This document shows positions 36,028 to 41,481 of a stretch of 41,481 bases of DNA, one piece after another (position 1 is the stretch's first letter; every line of letters starts with the position of its first letter). Below the pieces are notes generated by a model. The model was not told the origin of the DNA and did no database searches. It worked only from the letters and a program-made list of their open reading frames with translations. The position numbers and the translations under genes were made by a program. The stretch is from an uncultured Clostridia bacterium. GTDB lineage: Bacteria > Bacillota > Clostridia > Tissierellales > Dethiosulfatibacteraceae. Location: assembly GCA_964523535.1 (NCBI GenBank), contig CAZFYP010000002.1, forward strand, positions 1 through 41,481. The letters are read 5' to 3'.

Positions 36028-36109
36028 ACGCGGCAAAGCTGCTTTCTTGTCTATCCTTATGTTTTAAGAGGAAACATCTGCAAATTATAGACTTATGGAG
36101 GATGATGAA

Positions 36110-37204
36110 ATGATAAAAGTAGGACTTATAGTTAACCCTATAGCTGGAATGGGGGGCAAGGTAGGACTCAAGGGGACGGATGGTCAAATGTACGAAAAAT
36201 CACTGAAACTTGGAGCGAAACCAGTATCTCCAGCCAGGATAGAAGATGTTCTTGGAATGGTCAAAAGGGATGACCTGTATTTTATCTCTGCTCCGGGAAA
36301 GATGGGAGAGGATTATCTCAAGAGATTTAAATTCGATTTTCAAGTTGTTGGTCAAATAGATGCCAGTACCAGTAGTGAAGACACCAGGGCAATAGCCGAG
36401 GCTATAGTTGCAGAGGGTGTCAGTATTCTTATTTTTGTGGGAGGAGATGGTACAGCTAGGGACATATTGGATGTTGTGGGAATGAATCTTCCTGTAATAG
36501 CCATACCTTCCGGAGTCAAGATGTTCAGTTCAGCTTTTGTGGTGTCAGCCCATGCTGCTGCTGAAATGATCAACACCTTCGGCAGTGATTTTACGGAGAA
36601 GGAGATAATGGATATAGACGAGGAAGCCTTCAGGGACAACAGACTTGACGCCAAGTATTACGGTACTGTAAATGTACCTGATATCAAGGGATTGCTTCAG
36701 GGAAAAAAGGCAGCTTCAAATATGAAGTTCAATGCAAAGGAAAAGAAAAAGGAAGTTGCCAGATTTGTAGTGGAGAATATGGAGGAAGATTGGGTATATA
36801 TTCTTGGACCTGGAACAACACTTAAGTCAATAGCCGAGGAATTGGGTGTTGAAAAGACGCTTCTTGGAATTGATGTAGTCTACGGTGACAAGACTCTTGG
36901 GACTGATGTAAATGAAAAGGAAATACTTGATTTCATCAACAAGTATGGAAAGGTTAAGATTATAGTCACTCCCATAGGGGGAAGTGGATATATATTCGGA
37001 AGGGGAAGCAGGCAGATTTCATCGGAGATACTAAAAAAAGTGGGAAGGGAAAATATCATTTTAGTCAGTACCCTGGACAAGGTAGGGGGACTTGAATGTT
37101 TGAGAATCGATTCAGGTGACTACCAAGTTGACAAAGACATAAGCGGAAGTGCTGAAGTAATAATAGGATACAATGAAGAGTTGGTCATGGAGGTGAAATG
37201 TTGA
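36110..37204 (+). CDS. ATP-NAD kinase-like protein (COG3199/AcoX-related)
   Basis: VNPIAGMGGKVGLKGTDG, GGDGTARD, IPSGVKMFS, GPGTT, TPIGGSGYIFGRG; ATG 36110 follows GGAGG. Confidence 0.85.
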   Translation: MIKVGLIVNPIAGMGGKVGLKGTDGQMYEKSLKLGAKPVSPARIEDVLGMVKRDDLYFISAPGKMGEDYLKRFKFDFQVVGQIDASTSSEDTRAIAEAIVAEGVSILIFVGGDGTARDILDVVGMNLPVIAIPSGVKMFSSAFVVSAHAAAEMINTFGSDFTEKEIMDIDEEAFRDNRLDAKYYGTVNVPDIKGLLQGKKAASNMKFNAKEKKKEVARFVVENMEEDWVYILGPGTTLKSIAEELGVEKTLLGIDVVYGDKTLGTDVNEKEILDFINKYGKVKIIVTPIGGSGYIFGRGSRQISSEILKKVGRENIILVSTLDKVGGLECLRIDSGDYQVDKDISGSAEVIIGYNEELVMEVKC

Positions 37205-38151
37205 TTGATTTAAGTTCAAATGAGAATCCCTATGAGAGGTCTGAAGAGGCCATAGGAAAAATGACAAAGGGTCTTCAAGGACTGAACAGATATCTTAGAA
37301 GTGGAGAAAAAACTCATCTTGTTGAAGAAGTCGCAGATTATTGTGGTATGGATGAGAGTAGAATATTTGTGGCTTCAGGCACTGATCTTCTTATAGAGAA
37401 AGTCATCATCAAGTTTTTCAGGGACAGGAAACTGGTGGTCCTTAATCCATGCTTTTACAAGGCAGACAATCTGGCGGCTGATCTTGGCCTAAAGGTAAGA
37501 CGGATTCAGCTTAGACCTCCTGCCTTTGAAATTAAATGGAATGAAATGAATATCTCTGACAGCATTGTGATTATTGATTGTCCAAACAATCCAACGGGAA
37601 GATTTTTAATTGACAGGGTAGAAGTGGAAAATCTCTTGGACAGGGGTAATATTGTCATTATAGATGAGGCGGGATACGAATATAGTGGAAAGACATTTAT
37701 TGACCTAGTGGAAAAATATGAAAATCTTGCTGTTGTCAGGACTTTTGACAAGGCTTTTGGACTTGCAGGTATGAAGGCAGGATATATGATCATGGGAGAT
37801 GGTATAATTAAGAGGATTGAAAGCGGTGTGGAAATAAACAGACCTGCATATGCTGGAATCATTGAAGGTTTGAAAGGCATAGATTATCTTGAGGATTGTG
37901 TTTCACAGACCGTGCAGGAGAGAAACTTTCTTACAAAAGAACTGAGTAATTTGAATTTAAAAGTATTTGAAAGTGAAGCTAATTATATGTTGATTAAGAC
38001 TGATATTCCTGATTTTACTTTGAAACTAAGAGATAAGGATATACTGGTCCATGACCTGTCATCTTGCTGGATCGATGGATTCATCAGTATATCCCCAGGC
38101 TGTAGAAGTGAGAATGAGAAGCTGCTGGCAGCTATAAAAGAAATGCTTTAA
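37198..38151 (+). CDS. PLP-dependent class I/II aminotransferase-fold protein (HisC/CobD-like, atypical)
   Basis: DLSSNENP, PNNPTG, IIDEA, RTFDKAFGLAG, SEANY; start overlaps kinase 3' end. Confidence 0.85.
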   Translation: MLIDLSSNENPYERSEEAIGKMTKGLQGLNRYLRSGEKTHLVEEVADYCGMDESRIFVASGTDLLIEKVIIKFFRDRKLVVLNPCFYKADNLAADLGLKVRRIQLRPPAFEIKWNEMNISDSIVIIDCPNNPTGRFLIDRVEVENLLDRGNIVIIDEAGYEYSGKTFIDLVEKYENLAVVRTFDKAFGLAGMKAGYMIMGDGIIKRIESGVEINRPAYAGIIEGLKGIDYLEDCVSQTVQERNFLTKELSNLNLKVFESEANYMLIKTDIPDFTLKLRDKDILVHDLSSCWIDGFISISPGCRSENEKLLAAIKEML

Positions 38152-38160
38152 GGTTTTCAA

Positions 38161-38802
38161 TTATAGCTGTGTTGTTGATTTCTTACTTACAAACATGTCC
38201 ACTAGAATTCCTTGAATATATGAGAAGACAAGCATGTAAATTGTCAGAATTATCGTGAACTTAAGTCCGAAATAGGATACCAGCATAGGCAGTAAGGTAA
38301 GCTTTATTCCTCTAGCATAGAGAAATGAAGCAAGTGAACCGTAGCTTATTCCCTTGTCGTGGAATTCCTTCATCAGAGGATACCATGCGTATATGGGACC
38401 GTGGCTGAATGTTCCAAATAGGGTCATTACCATGTATTGTAGGAATCTAGGGCTGTTCTCTATGACTTTCTTCAGTTTCTTTTCGTCAATGAGGTTGAAG
38501 AGGAACATGAAGACAAGTACAAGGACCAGTATGGGCAATACCGATGTTAGTATTTGTAGTGAATATCCTGCTGCCTTTAGTATGTTTCCCGGACTTATAA
38601 AAGCCAGGATTATGTATATACCGAGGACTATTGCAGGAAACAAGAGTTTTTCTTTAAGGCTCTTCTTTTTTTTGCCGGGATTTCTTTTTTTCATACCTTC
38701 TTGTTTATTGTTCTTATCCATGTTGCCTTTTTCCATCTTGTTTTTTCCGTTGTCTTGCATACTTCCTTTTTGTCCGCTTTTATTATTTTTGTTATCAGTC
38801 AT
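38161..38802 (-). CDS. Permease half (DUF318/ArsP-like)
   Basis: GTFSHGPIYAWYP, several TM segments; ATG at 38802 overlaps upstream TAA (TAATG). Confidence 0.75.
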   Translation of the reverse strand: MTDNKNNKSGQKGSMQDNGKNKMEKGNMDKNNKQEGMKKRNPGKKKKSLKEKLLFPAIVLGIYIILAFISPGNILKAAGYSLQILTSVLPILVLVLVFMFLFNLIDEKKLKKVIENSPRFLQYMVMTLFGTFSHGPIYAWYPLMKEFHDKGISYGSLASFLYARGIKLTLLPMLVSYFGLKFTIILTIYMLVFSYIQGILVDMFVSKKSTTQL

Positions 38803-39233
38803 TATCCAATTACCTCCATTGTCCATACTGTGAGGAGTGAGATGGCAATTGCAAGGACCACGCTGAGTGCATTTCTTGTTGCAGTGAACCTTGTACCCAA
38901 CAGTTCTTTTTCTGCAGGTATCTGTACGAAGCCCACTGTTACCCATGAAACGAGGAAGGCTGTTACTGCGAAGAGGCTGATTCCGCTTGTAAGCATTTCG
39001 TTACCTATTATATAGCTGTTGATGGAATTCCCTGCAAGGATACTTCCTATTAGAGCTCCCATCGTTGTATCGACCAAGCTGTTCTGGGTGAATATTGTAG
39101 CAAGTGTATCGAATGATACGAAGGACTTTATCAGTCCTATGAGGAATATTACCGAGAACATTGTTGGAATTGAGTTCATAAGTCCTTTGAGAGACTTCAT
39201 AAACACTTTTTTTAGTGATTTTTGTTTTTTCAT
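38802..39233 (-). CDS. Permease half (DUF318/ArsP-like)
   Basis: GSILAGNSINSY, AFLVSWVTVG..PAE..LG..F..RN; about 4 TM segments. Confidence 0.78.
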   Translation of the reverse strand: MKKQKSLKKVFMKSLKGLMNSIPTMFSVIFLIGLIKSFVSFDTLATIFTQNSLVDTTMGALIGSILAGNSINSYIIGNEMLTSGISLFAVTAFLVSWVTVGFVQIPAEKELLGTRFTATRNALSVVLAIAISLLTVWTMEVIG

Positions 39234-39346
39234 AAGATTTTCCTTTCAAGTGAGCAAAATATTTATGGCATATGACAATAATAGCACAAATGATAATGTT
39301 TATCAATAAGAGCTTTAAAAAAATTCTTAATGCTATAATAGCAAAA

Positions 39347-39394
39347 GAAAACCCCCGTGTTGCAGTAATGAGTACTGCTAACAAAGGGGTTTTC
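39347..39394 (-). terminator. Terminator after TRAP operon
   Basis: GAAAACCCC...GGGGTTTTC long imperfect stem; A-rich flank gives a minus-strand T-tract. Confidence 0.7.
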
Positions 39395-39412
39395 AATCCT
39401 TCTAGTGTGTTA

Positions 39413-40699
39413 TTACATGCCAAACAGATTGGGAAGGAAAAGAGTGATGTTTGGAATAAATGTAACCAGGAGCAATGCGACTATCAGTGCCAGAAGAAAT
39501 GGCCATATTGATTTTACCAGGTCCTCAAACTTCATGCCGGTGATTCCACAGGCTACGAAGAGGTTTGATCCTACAGGTGGTGTAATGAAGCCTATTGAAA
39601 GGTTCAGTATCATCATTACTCCGAAGTGGTAGACATCTATGCCGTACTGTGCCACTATGGGGTAGAGTATGGGACTCAAGATGATGATTGCTGTGAATGT
39701 CTCCATAACACATCCCACGACTAGAAGAATCAGGTTGATGACTATGAGAAGAACGAAAATATTGCTGCTCATTGAAGTCAATGCTGTTTCAACCATTTTT
39801 GGTACACCTTCGATTGTGAGGATCTTACCTAGAACCGACCCTGTAGCCACAACTATTAGTATGGACGAAACTGTTATGGCGGAGCTGATGAATGCTGTTG
39901 TAGTAGCCTTGATGGATAATTCCCTGTATATGAACTTTCCAACTATGAAGCCGTAGACACAGGCAACAACTGCCGCTTCTGTAGCCGAGAAGATACCTCC
40001 ATAGATACCCCCTATTATGATTACGGGTACGAAGAGGGCCCAGATTGCCTCGATTGCATTTTTTAAGACATTCTTGATGCTGAATTTAACATTTGAACCC
40101 ATGTAGCCGTCACGTCTTGCGATATAGTATACAAGAACTATAAGTGCACCACCTGCCAGCAGACCGGGGCCTACTCCACCCATGAACATATTTCCAGGGG
40201 ATGCTGCAGGCAGAGCCACGCAGTACATTACCATGGGTATGCTAGGCGGAATGATTGTTCCAAGTACTCCTGCTGCTGCAGTAAGAGCCGTTGCAAAGGA
40301 TTTGGGATATCCCTGTTCCTCCATTGCAGGAATCATTATTGTTCCTATGGCTGCAACTGTAGCTATGGCGGAACCGGATATTGCTCCGAAGAAGATACAT
40401 GTGAGGACTGTTACTATACCAAGACCTCCTCTTACATGGCCAACCATGGAGTTTGAAAGATTAATAAGTCTCTTTGATAGTCCACCACCTTCCATTATTG
40501 ATCCTGCAAGTATGAAGAAGGGGATTGCTATAAGGGGGAAGCTGTTCATTGAGGAAAATATGGACTGTGATATATAGTCAAGTCCCATTGCTCCCCCTGA
40601 GAATCCATAGATGCAGAGGGCTATTCCTATGGACACGCCTATGGGTACCGACAGGAATACGAATATGAAAAAGGAAGCTAATAATAAAAATATATGCAT
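39413..40699 (-). CDS. dctM: TRAP transporter large permease
   Basis: AIPFFILAG, FGAISGSAIA, IIPPSIP, TEAA, GFITPPVG. Confidence 0.95.
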   Translation of the reverse strand: MHIFLLLASFFIFVFLSVPIGVSIGIALCIYGFSGGAMGLDYISQSIFSSMNSFPLIAIPFFILAGSIMEGGGLSKRLINLSNSMVGHVRGGLGIVTVLTCIFFGAISGSAIATVAAIGTIMIPAMEEQGYPKSFATALTAAAGVLGTIIPPSIPMVMYCVALPAASPGNMFMGGVGPGLLAGGALIVLVYYIARRDGYMGSNVKFSIKNVLKNAIEAIWALFVPVIIIGGIYGGIFSATEAAVVACVYGFIVGKFIYRELSIKATTTAFISSAITVSSILIVVATGSVLGKILTIEGVPKMVETALTSMSSNIFVLLIVINLILLVVGCVMETFTAIIILSPILYPIVAQYGIDVYHFGVMMILNLSIGFITPPVGSNLFVACGITGMKFEDLVKSIWPFLLALIVALLLVTFIPNITLFLPNLFGM

Positions 40700-40701
40700 G
40701 A

Positions 40702-41199
40702 TTAACCTCCAATCCTTATTTCATCAGCTCTTTCCTTGAAGAGCAATCTTGTGTCTACTATGAGTCTATAAATACTAAGAATGAATCCGATTGGTACTGC
40801 AATTTGAATCAACCACATGGAAAGTCCAGTGGACTCTGAAATCTGCGGATTGACAAATATGAGCTTGTATACCTTTATCATTGAAAAGTAGCTGAATACT
40901 CCGCAGAATACCATGAATACAAGGTTTGAAAATATCTTTAGGAAAAATTGTGCTTTTTCCGGAAGTATTACAAAGGCAAGCTCCACCTTTATGTGTTTTC
41001 TTTTTTTGACAGCAAGGGAGATTCCAATGAATACGGACCATATGAGCATATAAGTCAGGAGGTCCTGACTCCAAGATATGGACAGGTTAATTACGTATCT
41101 GAAGAATACCTGTGCTGAGGCTATGATGAGCATGGCAGTATAAGTGAATATGAGTATCCATTCTTCTATATGCTCGTCAAGCAATTTTAAAAATTTCAT
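40702..41199 (-). CDS. dctQ: TRAP transporter small permease
   Basis: QVFFRYV..SWSQDL, KHIKVE, 4 TM; ATG 41199 follows GGAGG. Confidence 0.92.
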   Translation of the reverse strand: MKFLKLLDEHIEEWILIFTYTAMLIIASAQVFFRYVINLSISWSQDLLTYMLIWSVFIGISLAVKKRKHIKVELAFVILPEKAQFFLKIFSNLVFMVFCGVFSYFSMIKVYKLIFVNPQISESTGLSMWLIQIAVPIGFILSIYRLIVDTRLLFKERADEIRIGG

Positions 41200-41282
41200 C
41201 TTATAACCTCCGTAACTAGATTCTAAGGATGTCTGGTCCTTGGAATTATCGGTCAGTTGAATCATCTAGACCGATTAATAGT

Positions 41283-41306
41283 ACAGGGTGTCCAAAGACA
41301 CCCTGT
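41283..41306. other. Intergenic hairpin between dctP and dctQ
   Basis: ACAGGGTGTC-CAAA-GACACCCTGT perfect 10-bp stem. Confidence 0.65.
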
Positions 41307-41329
41307 CATTCAATCAAAGAATTGAGTAA

Positions 41330-41481
41330 TTACTTGTTTTCGATTTCTTCGATTTTAGCAAGAGCCTTTTCTAAAAGTTCTTTTCCGATTTGCTCTTCAA
41401 AGTTTTTGTAAGTAGGCATTGCTGCATCTATGAATGCTTGTCTTTCTTCGTCTGTCAGGTAAGTGATTTCTGTAGTTTCTG
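41330..41481 (-). CDS. dctP: TRAP substrate-binding protein, C-terminal end only (truncated by window edge)
   Basis: Reads ETTEITYLTDEERQAFIDAAMPTYKNFEEQIGKELLEKALAKIEEIENK*, typical DctP C-terminal helices, directly upstream of dctQ. Confidence 0.8.
   Translation of the reverse strand, partial: ETTEITYLTDEERQAFIDAAMPTYKNFEEQIGKELLEKALAKIEEIENK

Noticed and set aside
34018-36049. 13-bp AGCTGCTTTCTTG shared by two intergenic regions (34018 and 36037)
   Set aside because: Short, non-palindromic, no flanking similarity; cannot be distinguished from chance
38803-38946. Cys-rich N-terminal extension of the 261-aa ORF
   Set aside because: Overlaps the upstream permease gene in another frame; TAATG coupling indicates a start at 38802

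Overview
A 41.5 kb chromosomal segment of a low-GC anaerobic Firmicute (Clostridia-like, inferred from gene content, sigmaA/sigma54 promoters and GGAGG RBSs). In order: 3' part of carB; a DEAD-box helicase with an attenuator-like leader; a sigma54-controlled peptide/amide-catabolism locus (C26 hydrolase, sigma54 activator, S9 and M20 peptidases, Dpp/Opp ABC transporter); a trimeric [FeFe]-hydrogenase operon (hydC-hydB-hydA) whose 1032-aa HydB has a GltD/NfnL-like FAD/NADPH module in place of the usual C-terminal ferredoxin domain; a modular GH73 cell-wall hydrolase; a hypothetical protein; an ATP-grasp protein; alpha-amylase; GNAT; type 2 IPP isomerase; a DUF2161-like protein; tRNA-Val(GAC); an unannotated 39-aa signal-peptide-like sORF with its own promoter, RBS and terminator; an Fe-ADH / aldehyde:ferredoxin oxidoreductase / two-MoaD module with sigma54, enhancer-like and Rex-like sites; zupT; a structured intergenic region; a COG3199 kinase coupled to an atypical PLP enzyme; a split permease pair; and the 3' part of a TRAP transporter. 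I saw no CRISPR array, integrase or transposase. All calls come from reading motifs by eye; no database searches were run.
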